The notes beneath the pieces are model-generated. The model saw only the letters and a program-made list of their open reading frames with translations. It did not search any database and was not told the origin of the DNA. From assembly GCA_947259415.1 (NCBI GenBank), contig CAMYMI010000008.1, positions 4,368 through 68,367 of the forward strand: DNA of 64,000 nucleotides, given 5' to 3'. The stretch is from an uncultured Ectothiorhodospiraceae bacterium (GTDB lineage Bacteria; Pseudomonadota; Gammaproteobacteria; UBA9214). Below, piece by piece: positions 38,951-47,698 of the stretch (position 1 is the first letter of the stretch; each line of letters starts with the position of its first letter). The position numbers and the translations under genes were made by a program.

Positions 38951-39241
38951 TCAATGGTAATCCGTCACTTCGACCTCAAAGGCATTTCCGCCTTGCCAGC
39001 GAAATACGATCCGCCATTGCTCGTTGATCCGGGTTGAATGCCTGCCCTTGTAATTTCCTCTGAGTGCCTCCAGTCGATTACCAGGCGGAACCCGCAGGTC
39101 CTTCAGCTCGGCCGCATCATGCAAATACAGCAACTTGCGGCGAGTCGTGCGCCTCAGCTCAGAGGAAAAGGCGCGTGTGGCCCGGGACTGCCGGTCATTA
39201 AACAGGTCTTCTGCCAGGCGGTTCCCGAACGTTTCAATCAT
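38951..39241 (-). CDS. higB: HigB (RelE/ParE superfamily) toxin
   Basis: DLRVPPGNRLEAL.G...G.HS.RINEQWRIVFRW, EVTDYH. Confidence 0.92.
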   Translation of the reverse strand: MIETFGNRLAEDLFNDRQSRATRAFSSELRRTTRRKLLYLHDAAELKDLRVPPGNRLEALRGNYKGRHSTRINEQWRIVFRWQGGNAFEVEVTDYH

Positions 39242-39251
39242 GTGTTATCAG

Positions 39252-39270
39252 GTTATCGTAAATCGATAAC
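39252..39270. promoter_or_regulatory. Probable HigA operator
   Basis: Palindrome GTTATCG-TAAAT-CGATAAC immediately upstream of the higB start. Confidence 0.6.
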
Positions 39271-39462
39271 AACTTCAAGGGGCCAACAGGCTGTTTTTTC
39301 GATTGGACAGTGTCTTCAACAGTAACGTGTGCGGTTTGGCAGGTCTGTCATCCATTTCATTCTTCACTGTCAGAAAGGTCTTATTCATCGACCTGAGACT
39401 GACCTTGTCGGTGCGGTCCCCTGAACGCGATGACGTTCCAGACAAGCGCGCCGGATGACGGC

Positions 39463-39868
39463 GTTTATGCCCGACGCTTGATCGGGTACAGGCGCAATAA
39501 ATGCTGTTCCACTCTCCCCTCGGGAGCGGCCTGAAGGGCATAAAAGGGTAGGGTGAGGGGAATTAATCAGGCAGTCGTCAATTGCCTTGTCACCCCTCAT
39601 CCCAACCTTCTCCCCTCGAGGGGAGAAGGGGTATGACAGCCGCGACCGGTTTTCCAACCTACCCTGCAGGAGCGCCTCGTTTATGCCCGACGCTTGATCG
39701 GGTACAGGCGCAATAAATGCTGTTCCCCTCTCCCCTCGGGAGCACCCTGAAGGGCATAAAAGGGTAGGGTGAGGGGAAAAAATCAGGCCGTCGTCAATTG
39801 CCTTGTCACCCCTCATCCCAACCTTCTCCCCTCGAGGGGAGAAGGGGTATGACAGCCGCGACCGGTTT
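39463..39868. repeat. Tandem duplication (~190-bp units) of a composite REP/boxC-like element
   Basis: 39463-39652 and 39679-39868 are near-identical (GTTTATGCCCGACGCTTGATCGGGTACAGG...GTATGACAGCCGCGACCGGTTT). Confidence 0.85.
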
Positions 39869-39890
39869 ATTTTTATGCCATGCTCAAACT

Positions 39891-41861
39891 GTGAGCAACG
39901 CAACCCCGAATAACGACTTCCCGCCGACCCTGCCCGCCGATCCGGCAGCGTTGATCGAGGCCGTGCTGGCCAGTGACCGACGCGTGCTACTGGTCGGTCC
40001 GCCGGGCGTGGGCAAGTCCACGCTGGTCAACGCCCTGGCAACGGCACTGGTAACGACCGGGCGCACCTGCCGCTGCCTTGGCGCCGATCCCGGTTCGCCG
40101 CTGTTCGGGGTGCCCGGCGCCGTGTGCCTGGGTCGCCGGGAAAACGGGGCCTGGGTTCTGAAAGGCCTGGAGGCGCTCTGTACCCTGGATGCCGGGCGCT
40201 TCCGGCTGCCGCTGGTCGCTGCACTGCGCCGTCTGGCGCAGTCGGTCGAGGAGGGCGTGTTGCTGGTGGACGGACCGGGGGTGGTGCGCGGCGTGGCCGG
40301 CGCGGAACTGCTGCCGGCCATTGTCGAGGCGGCGCGCATCGAGGTGGTGCTGGTGCTCTCGCGTGCCGGCCGGCCGCTGCCGCTCAAGCATGAACTGCGT
40401 GCACTGCCGGTTGATGTGTATGCGGTCCCGGCCGCGCTGCAGGCCGTCCGTCCCGGCAAACGCGCCCGCGCCGCGTGGCGCACCACTTTATGGGACGACT
40501 ACCTGGCCGGTGCCGAAGAACGCGTATTCGAAACCGGCCAGCTGCAATTCACCGGTACCCCGCCGCCACTGGATGCCCCCGGGATCTGGACCGGTCGCCA
40601 GGTCGCGCTGCTCGATGGTGCACGCACAATCGCAATGGGCGAGGTCGTGGCCCTGGAGGGCGAGCGGTTGCGTGTGCGAATACCGGCCATTAATGAAACA
40701 GCAAATACGCTGCTGGTGCGTGATGCCGCCCGGCTCACGGACGGCCGCCTCGGCAGCACGCCGCGCTTCAGCGACGACCGCTTCACCTACCTGCCACCGC
40801 CGGACATACAACCGCATGCACCGGCCAGCGCGTCTACCGGGCCGCGCCCGGCCGGCCGGGTGGGGATGTTGAGCGTCTGCCTGGTCAACGGCGTGTTCGG
40901 TGACCCGCTGCTGCACGCGCGCCTGCGGCACCGCCGCCGCAGCCTGCTGTTCGACCTCGGCGAGGGGGCGAGGCTGCCGGCGCGCGTGGCCCACCAGGTC
41001 AGCGACGTGTACATCACCCACGCGCACGTCGATCACATCGCCGGGTTTCTCTGGCTGCTGCGCTCGCGCATCGGCGAGACCACCCTGTGCCGCCTGGTCG
41101 GTCCGCCGGGCCTGGCCGCGAACATCGACGGCCTCACACGCGGCATCCTCTGGGACCGCGTGGGCGACAACGGCCCGCGCTTCGAGGTCAGCGAACTGCA
41201 CGACGAGACGCTGCGGCGCTACGCAGTGCAGGCCGGCTGCCCCGGCTGCAGCTTGCTGGAGGAAGCGGATGCCGATGACGGCGTGGTGCTCAACGAGGCC
41301 GGCTTCAAGGTGCGCGCGACCACTCTTACACACGTCTCGCCGGTGCTGGCCTATGTCCTCGAGCCCGCACAGTCGCTCAACATCCGCAAGGACCGCCTGC
41401 AGGCGCGCGGCCTGTTGCCGGGGCCGTGGCTGGGCGAATTGAAACAACGCCTGCAGACCGGCGATAACGAGAAACTAATTACGCTGCCCGACGGATCAAA
41501 CGAGCGCGTGCAGGCACTGGCGGACGACCTGGTGCTCATCAGCCCCGGCAAGCGGCTGGTCTACGCCACCGACTTCGCCGACACCCCGGAGAACCGGGAA
41601 CGGGTGATCGCACTGGCACACGGCGCCCACACCCTGTTCTGCGAGGCGACCTTTTGCGAGGCCGATGCCGAACAGGCCGCGCGCACCGCCCACCTCACCA
41701 CCCGCGCCTGTGCCGAAATCGCCGAGGCCGCCCATGTTGCCCGGCTGGTGCCGTTCCACTTCTCGCGCCGCTACGAAAAGGACCCCGCCCCCGTGTACGC
41801 CGAAATCGCCGAGATCGCAAAGGCCGTGATGATCCCCGACACCCTGGCCCTCCCCGATTAA
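39891..41861 (+). CDS. Clp1/Grc3-like P-loop polynucleotide kinase fused to an RNase Z-like metallo-beta-lactamase
   Basis: N-terminal GPPGVGKST, ADPGSPLFGVPG and LLVDGPG. C-terminal NGVFGDP, LFDLG, THAHVDH, GPPG, YATD, CEATF, HLT, PFHFSRRY. Start uncertain (GTG 39891 or ATG 39849). Confidence 0.8.
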   Translation: MSNATPNNDFPPTLPADPAALIEAVLASDRRVLLVGPPGVGKSTLVNALATALVTTGRTCRCLGADPGSPLFGVPGAVCLGRRENGAWVLKGLEALCTLDAGRFRLPLVAALRRLAQSVEEGVLLVDGPGVVRGVAGAELLPAIVEAARIEVVLVLSRAGRPLPLKHELRALPVDVYAVPAALQAVRPGKRARAAWRTTLWDDYLAGAEERVFETGQLQFTGTPPPLDAPGIWTGRQVALLDGARTIAMGEVVALEGERLRVRIPAINETANTLLVRDAARLTDGRLGSTPRFSDDRFTYLPPPDIQPHAPASASTGPRPAGRVGMLSVCLVNGVFGDPLLHARLRHRRRSLLFDLGEGARLPARVAHQVSDVYITHAHVDHIAGFLWLLRSRIGETTLCRLVGPPGLAANIDGLTRGILWDRVGDNGPRFEVSELHDETLRRYAVQAGCPGCSLLEEADADDGVVLNEAGFKVRATTLTHVSPVLAYVLEPAQSLNIRKDRLQARGLLPGPWLGELKQRLQTGDNEKLITLPDGSNERVQALADDLVLISPGKRLVYATDFADTPENRERVIALAHGAHTLFCEATFCEADAEQAARTAHLTTRACAEIAEAAHVARLVPFHFSRRYEKDPAPVYAEIAEIAKAVMIPDTLALPD

Positions 41862-42136
41862 TCCCGTAGGTCGGATTAGCGAAGCGTAATCCGACGATGT
41901 CTGTAGGAGCGGTCCCCCGACCGCGATACCCGACACAAACAATCGCGCCGCAGGACGGCGCTCCTGCAGAAACAACCTGACTGTGTGGGAGCGGCGTCCT
42001 GGCCGCGATCGGTTATTAATAAAAGGAATTAAAACAAGGTTTCTGACACCTTGTTATTCCACTACAAATCCCCGTGATACCATCACCCCAACCACCAGAA
42101 CCCATAACCAGAAGCACCCAACCAACACAAACACCC

Positions 42137-42496
42137 GTGCAATCACTCGACCAGATTAAAACCCGCCTGCGCGACTTCGCCAATGAGCGCGATTGGGACC
42201 AGTTCCACTCCCCGAAAAACCTCGCCATGGCGCTGATCGTCGAGGCCGCCGAACTGGTCGAACATTTCCAGTGGCTGACCGAGGACCAGAGCCAGGCCCT
42301 GCCGCCCGACAAGCTCGCCGAGGTGGAACAGGAAATCGCCGACATCCAGATCTACCTCATCCGCCTGGCCGACAAGCTCGGCATCGACCTGGCGCAGGCC
42401 GTCAACGCCAAGATCGAACTGAACGAGAAGAAGTACCCGGCTGAAAAGGTGCGCGGCAGCGCGGCGAAGTACACCGAGTTCAACAACGGTGGCTAA
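42137..42496 (+). CDS. MazG-like nucleotide pyrophosphohydrolase (dCTPase/DCTPP1-like)
   Basis: F..ERDWDQFHSPKNLAMAL.VEAAEL.E.FQW, EIAD..IYL.RLAD.LGID, K...N..KYP. Confidence 0.9.
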   Translation: MQSLDQIKTRLRDFANERDWDQFHSPKNLAMALIVEAAELVEHFQWLTEDQSQALPPDKLAEVEQEIADIQIYLIRLADKLGIDLAQAVNAKIELNEKKYPAEKVRGSAAKYTEFNNGG

Positions 42497-42702
42497 GTGG
42501 AAAGTGTAGGAGCGTCCCGTTTATGCCCGGCGCTCAATCGGGTACGTGCGCGATTGTTTACAGACCGTAGGTCGGGTTAGGCCGTAGGCCGTAACCCGAC
42601 GAAGGTTACGTCGGATTACGCTGACGCTAATCCGACCTGCGTGCTGCAATGAAGCGGAATTGAGTACACTGTCCCCGGAATTGTAAACAAGAGGAACACC
42701 CC

Positions 42703-43908
42703 ATGATCCGCTTGCGCGAACTCGGCCCGGGCATCGTCATCGCCGCCACCGGCCTGGGGGCCGGCGACCTCATCGCGGCCTCGGTGGCCGGTGCGAAATA
42801 CGGTGTCGCCATCCTCTGGGCGGCCGTCCTCGGGGCGCTCCTCAAGTTCACCCTCAACGAGGGCCTGGCGCGCTGGCAGCTGGCCACGGGGACCACCCTG
42901 CTCGAGGGCTGGGTGCGGCGCCTGCCGCGCTTCTGGTCGGTGTACTTCTTCGTCTACCTGCTGCTGTGGAGCTTCATCGTCGCCGGTGCCCTGATGTCAG
43001 CCACGGGACTCGCGATCCATGCCCTGGTGCCCGCCATCAGCGTGGAAGCGGGTGGTGCCGTGCAATCCCTCATTGCCGCCGCCCTGGTGCTGCTGGGTCG
43101 CTACCGCCTGCTCGAGGTCATGATGAAGTTCTTCATCGCCCTGATGTTCGCGGTGGTGATCTATTGCGCCGTGGCCCTGCAGCCCGACTGGGGCGCCGTG
43201 CTCACGGGCATCGTCGTACCACAGTTGCCCGAGGGCTCGGTGTTCTTCCTGCTGGGGGTCATGGGCGGGGTGGGCGGCAGCGTGACCCTGCTGAGCTACG
43301 GTTACTGGATCCGCGAACGCGGCTGGCGCGGCCCGGAACGCCTGCGCCAGGTACGCATCGACCTGCTGGTGGCCTACGTACTCACCGGCCTGTTCGGCAT
43401 CGCCATCATGATCATCTCCGCCGGCGTCTCACCCGAGGTCCTGTCCGGCAGCAAGATGGTGCTGGCCGTGGCCGACGAGATGGGCGCCACCGTGGGCGAC
43501 ATCGGCCGCGGGGCCTTCCTGGTCGGGTTCTGGGGCGCGGTGTTCAGCTCCATGCTGGGCGTCTGGCAGGGCGTGCCCTACCTGTTCGCCGACTTCGTGC
43601 ACGAATGGCGCGGCAACACCGACGACAAGGTGATCGACACCCGCGCCAAACCCTACCGCGCCTACCTGGCCTTCCTCGCCATCCCGCCCATGATCCTGCT
43701 CTGGGCCGGCAAACCCGTGTGGGTGGTGCTCATCTACGCCGTCGCCGGCGCCGCCTTCATGCCCCTGCTGGCGGGCCTGCTGCTGTACATGAACGGCCTG
43801 CGCGACTGGCTGGGCCCATTGCGCAACCGCAGTCTGGGTAACCTCGCCTTGTTGGCGACCCTGGTCCTGTTCACGGTGTTGCTGGTGAATAAATTGTTGA
43901 GTATGTAG
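42703..43908 (+). CDS. Nramp-family divalent metal transporter-like protein
   Basis: LGPGIVIAATGLGAGD, GAKYG..ILWA, EGLARWQLATG.T. About 11 TM segments. Confidence 0.82.
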   Translation: MIRLRELGPGIVIAATGLGAGDLIAASVAGAKYGVAILWAAVLGALLKFTLNEGLARWQLATGTTLLEGWVRRLPRFWSVYFFVYLLLWSFIVAGALMSATGLAIHALVPAISVEAGGAVQSLIAAALVLLGRYRLLEVMMKFFIALMFAVVIYCAVALQPDWGAVLTGIVVPQLPEGSVFFLLGVMGGVGGSVTLLSYGYWIRERGWRGPERLRQVRIDLLVAYVLTGLFGIAIMIISAGVSPEVLSGSKMVLAVADEMGATVGDIGRGAFLVGFWGAVFSSMLGVWQGVPYLFADFVHEWRGNTDDKVIDTRAKPYRAYLAFLAIPPMILLWAGKPVWVVLIYAVAGAAFMPLLAGLLLYMNGLRDWLGPLRNRSLGNLALLATLVLFTVLLVNKLLSM

Positions 43909-44245
43909 CCCGGATGCAGGCCGACAGGCCGTAATCCGGGGAAGCTGGGCATCGTATTCCCGGATTCCATTGAATTTCATCCGGGCTACCGGTTAGTGGT
44001 CACACAGTAGGTCGGGTTAGGCCGCGAGGCCGTAACCCGACAAAGGTTATGTCGGATTACGCTGGCGCTAATCCGACCTACACGTCTGTTTCACATAATT
44101 CCTTCTCCCCTCCAAGGGCAGAAGGCGACGACTGCGATGAGGGGTAGGCAACGCAGTTGCTTGGCTACAGGATTGATCAACCCTCACCCTGGCCCTCTCC
44201 CACTCATGGGAGAGGGGATTCAACAATGTAGCCCGGATGCAGGCC
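43905..44245. repeat. REP doublets and boxC-like hairpins
   Basis: GTAGCCCGGATG...CATCCGGGCTAC overlapping the stop codon, a GTAGGTCGGGTTAGG doublet and CTCCC/GGGAG hairpins. Confidence 0.8.
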
Positions 44246-44312
44246 GGGTGGCCATGGACTTTTGTCCCGTGGATGGTGAACAATCAACCCTGACGATTTA
44301 CGGGAACCCATC

Positions 44313-45365
44313 ATGACCTTGTTATTTGTCTACCTGGCCATCGCCATCGGCGTTTCATTTCTCTGCTCGATACTCGAAGCGGTCCTGTTGTCGGTGACGC
44401 CGAGCTTTGCCGAGAAAACCCTGTCAGACCGGCCGCGTGCCGGTGGCATGCTGAACGGGGTCAAGGAACGCCTGGACGAATCGCTCTCCAGTATTCTCAT
44501 CCTCAACACCTTTGCCCACACCATGGGTGCCGCCGGGGTCGGCTCGCAGGCCCTGCAGGTGTTCGGTGAAAAATGGGAAACCTTGATCGCGGTGCTGCTG
44601 ACGCTCGTCATCCTGTATTTCTCCGAGATCATTCCGAAAACCCTGGGTGCGACCTTCTGGCGGCAGCTGGCGATACCGTCGGCATTCGTCATTGCCTGGC
44701 TGGTGAAGCTGGTCTATCCACTGGTGTGGATTGCCACGCGCATGACCAGGCTGTTCAGTCACGACAAGGGGGATGAAATTACCCGCGAGGAGATCATCGC
44801 CCTGGCCTCGCTGGGGCTCAGGGACGGCACCCTGATATCCCAGGAAAATGAATACCTGGAGAATATTCTGAAGCTGCGCGAAATACGTACCGAAGAGGTG
44901 CTGACACCGCGCAGCGTCGTGCACATGCTGCAGGAAGACCTGACGGTCACGGAGGCACTGGACCTGGTCGAGACCCGCCAGTTCACCCGTATGCCCATCT
45001 ATGGGGAGGGCATGGACGATATCAAGGGCAAGGTCATTCGCGCGGATCTGTTCGAGGCCGAACGCGCGGGGCAGGGTTCGGAGCCCATTAAAAACATTGC
45101 CAAGAAGATTGCCCGGGTGTCCGAGAAACTGCCGGTCCAGCAGTTGATCGACCTGTTCATCAGGAACCGCGCGCACCTGTTCCTGGTCGAGGACGAGTTC
45201 GGTCAGACGGCGGGCATCGTGACACTGGAAGACGCCATCGAGACCATGCTGGGCCGCGAAATCCTCGATGAACGCGATACCGTGGAAGACATGCAGGCAC
45301 TCGCCAAGGGGAAATACCGCCTGCGGCTGCGGGAGGAAAAACAAATGGATGAACTGGAGAAATAA
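44313..45365 (+). CDS. CNNM/DUF21 + CBS domain membrane protein (CorB/hemolysin family)
   Basis: SFLCSILEAVLLS, ILILNT.AHT.GAAG, SEIIPKT.G, TPR, VEDEFG...GIVTLED.IE. Confidence 0.92.
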   Translation: MTLLFVYLAIAIGVSFLCSILEAVLLSVTPSFAEKTLSDRPRAGGMLNGVKERLDESLSSILILNTFAHTMGAAGVGSQALQVFGEKWETLIAVLLTLVILYFSEIIPKTLGATFWRQLAIPSAFVIAWLVKLVYPLVWIATRMTRLFSHDKGDEITREEIIALASLGLRDGTLISQENEYLENILKLREIRTEEVLTPRSVVHMLQEDLTVTEALDLVETRQFTRMPIYGEGMDDIKGKVIRADLFEAERAGQGSEPIKNIAKKIARVSEKLPVQQLIDLFIRNRAHLFLVEDEFGQTAGIVTLEDAIETMLGREILDERDTVEDMQALAKGKYRLRLREEKQMDELEK

Positions 45366-45480
45366 AGGGGAATGGAAACAGCGCAGGTTTAATATATAGA
45401 TTCCCTCTCCCTCCGGGAGAGGGCCAGGGAGAGGGGATCAATCAGATAACGGAATACAGGGACACTACCCTTCTACCCAC

Positions 45481-45786
45481 CTACGCCGCATCCTCATCCA
45501 CCTGGACCGCAATCTTCAACCCCAGCGCGTGCAGCAGCCGGTCCAGGCTTTTCAACTCGGGATTCCCCTTGCCGGACAACATCCGGTACAGACTTTCCCG
45601 GTTAAGCCCGGTGGCCTCGGCCAGCTTGCTCATGCCGCCAAGACGCGCCTCGGCCACATTGCGCAGGGCAATCAGAAAGAGTTCCTTGTCGCCTTCTTCG
45701 ATGGCGGTGTTCAGATAAAACGCGGCTTCTTCCGGATCGGCAAAGGCTTCTTTGAGGTGTTCAGAGTATGGTCGATAGGGTTTCAT
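45481..45786 (-). CDS. Putative addiction-module antidote (HI1420-like XRE antitoxin), orphan
   Basis: YL..A.EEGD...FL.AL..VA.A..GMS.LA..TGL.RESLY..LS..GNP....L..L..ALG. Confidence 0.88.
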   Translation of the reverse strand: MKPYRPYSEHLKEAFADPEEAAFYLNTAIEEGDKELFLIALRNVAEARLGGMSKLAEATGLNRESLYRMLSGKGNPELKSLDRLLHALGLKIAVQVDEDAA

Positions 45787-45795
45787 ATCCGTCCC

Positions 45796-45823
45796 CAGTA
45801 TGTAGCTTATAAGCTACATACTG
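45796..45823. promoter_or_regulatory. Perfect 28-bp palindrome, probable autoregulatory operator
   Basis: CAGTATGTAGCTTA|TAAGCTACATACTG, 10 bp upstream of the antitoxin ATG. Confidence 0.7.
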
Positions 45824-45942
45824 TCGAACATCTGTTCAGGGCAGGATCTCCCCCGAATGTGCCAAACGGGTAGGGAAGAAGGATGAGATAGTTGTAGGAG
45901 CGCCCCGTTTATGCCCGGCGCTTAATCGGGTGCGGGCGCGAT

Positions 45943-46638
45943 TCATCCGGACTTCACGAACTCCAGGAAGTAGTTGGTTCTCAGGAAGGGTTTGTCGGCC
46001 ACCAGCCGGAAGCCGGCCGCCTTCATTTCCTCGATGGTCTGGGCCTTGTTGGTGCGCACGTGCCCCATCACCCAGCGCGAGCTGACGCGCGGGTCGCGCC
46101 GGAAGTCGATGATGATGACGCGCCCGTCCTGGCGCAGCGCCCGGTGGATGGAGGCCATGGTCTGCCGCGGGTATTCGAAGTGATGGTAGGTGTCGGTGAT
46201 GAAGGCCAGATCAATGGAGTCGGCCGGCAGCCCGACATCGTCGGGCGTATTGACGATGCCCTTGACGTTCGACAGGCCCTGCTCGCGGCAGGTGCGCAGG
46301 ATGTTCTCGATGAAGGACCGGGAGATATCGACGGCATAGACGGTGCCGCCCGGTCCGACCCGGGGCGCGAACAAGCGTGTGAACAGCCCGGTACCGGCGC
46401 CGATGTCGGCAATGGCCATGTCGGGACGCAGTTCGCTGGCCGCCACGATGGCATGGCGCTTGTCGTAGACCTCGCGCCCGGGCCGCTCGAAGGTGTTGAC
46501 CCAGCGCTGCCAGTCCGGGTCCACGAAGTGGCGGTTGATGCCGGGGCGGACGCTCTGTTCCTGCGCCACCACGGACCCTGCCAGCAACACACTGCAGAGC
46601 AGGAAGAAGAAGGGCAGCCGGTGGTGTGCGGTGTTCAT
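45943..46638 (-). CDS. Class I SAM-dependent methyltransferase with signal peptide
   Basis: ADIGAGTGLFT, VYAVDI, DTYHHF. N-terminal hydrophobic stretch ending VVA|QE. Confidence 0.88.
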   Translation of the reverse strand: MNTAHHRLPFFFLLCSVLLAGSVVAQEQSVRPGINRHFVDPDWQRWVNTFERPGREVYDKRHAIVAASELRPDMAIADIGAGTGLFTRLFAPRVGPGGTVYAVDISRSFIENILRTCREQGLSNVKGIVNTPDDVGLPADSIDLAFITDTYHHFEYPRQTMASIHRALRQDGRVIIIDFRRDPRVSSRWVMGHVRTNKAQTIEEMKAAGFRLVADKPFLRTNYFLEFVKSG

Positions 46639-47079
46639 GCGAAATAGCATAGCGAAGAATGAAAAGGTCCGAGTAACCTTTTTTTCAATGCACCACAAAT
46701 ATTACGCAGTAGGAGCGGTCCCTGGCCCCGATGGATTTGTAGGTGAACCCAGCCGTCCCGATGGTTCGCTGTAGGAGCGCTCCGTTTATGCCCGGCGACT
46801 AATCGGATGCCGCCGCGAAAAAATGCAGATCCCCTCTCCCTCCGGGACACCTACAGGGATGTAGGTGGTAGAGCAACGCAGGACGCAGTTACCGAGAGGG
46901 TTAGGGAGAGGGGATAAAAGAAAACAATTTCCCAAACAACCTCGCAGGAACATCTCACGGGCCCAAAACCACTAACCCACCGCTCCTAATACTCCATACT
47001 CCCCCACAAATCACCGTGTTACCATGCCCCTAATCCATCAGAACCTGAAACACAAAATACCCAATAATTTCAAACTATT

Positions 47080-47489
47080 GTGCAATCCCTGAACCAAATA
47101 AAAACCCGCCAGCGCGACTTCGCCGCCGCACGCGACGGGGACCAGTTCCACTCCCCGAAAAACCTCGCCATGGCCATGATCGTCGAGGCCGCCGAACTGA
47201 TCGAACACTTTGATGTGCAGGGACGCACGAATGCCGCGGGAGGCAGGATGTCGGGAGCGGCCCAGTGGCTCACAGAGGACCAGAGCCAGGCCTGCCACCC
47301 GACAAACTCGCCGAGATGGAACAGGACATCGCCGACATCCAGATCTACCTCATCCGCCTGGCCGACAAACTCGGCATCGACATGGAGCGGGCCGTCAACG
47401 CCAAGATGGAACTGAACGAGAAGAAGTATCCGGCGGAGAAGGTCAGGGGCAGGGCGGAGAAGTACAATGAATGTAATGATGGGTGCTAG
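47080..47489 (+). pseudogene. Disrupted second copy of the MazG-like pyrophosphatase
   Basis: Aligns with 42137-42496 but has a 51-bp insertion (47211-47261), a 1-bp deletion near 47291 causing a frameshift, and RDW>RDG. Confidence 0.88.
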
Positions 47490-47644
47490 TAAGGCTGGAG
47501 AGACATCCCGAGGAAAGGATTCATAAAAAACGGGGCACGGTCAATCAAGAGTTTGGATAAATAAATCTATCCCTGCTTCTGATTTGTTTTCAGCATTCCT
47601 GCGTATACGGGAATGCAGAAAACCGTCATTTATTTGCCAGTTTA

Positions 47645-47689
47645 CTCTGGGTAGAATCTGTGAAAGAATTTCCAAAAATCTACCCAGAG
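47645..47689. promoter_or_regulatory. 11-bp inverted repeat upstream of the methyltransferase, probable autoregulatory operator
   Basis: CTCTGGGTAGA (47645-47655) ... TCTACCCAGAG (47679-47689), abutting the RBS. Confidence 0.6.
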
Positions 47690-47698
47690 AGGAAACTG

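Noticed and set aside
36480-39900. Integron with attC sites
   Set aside because: No tyrosine recombinase, no consistent RYYYAAC...GTTRRRY boxes recognised, and the modules lie on both strands.
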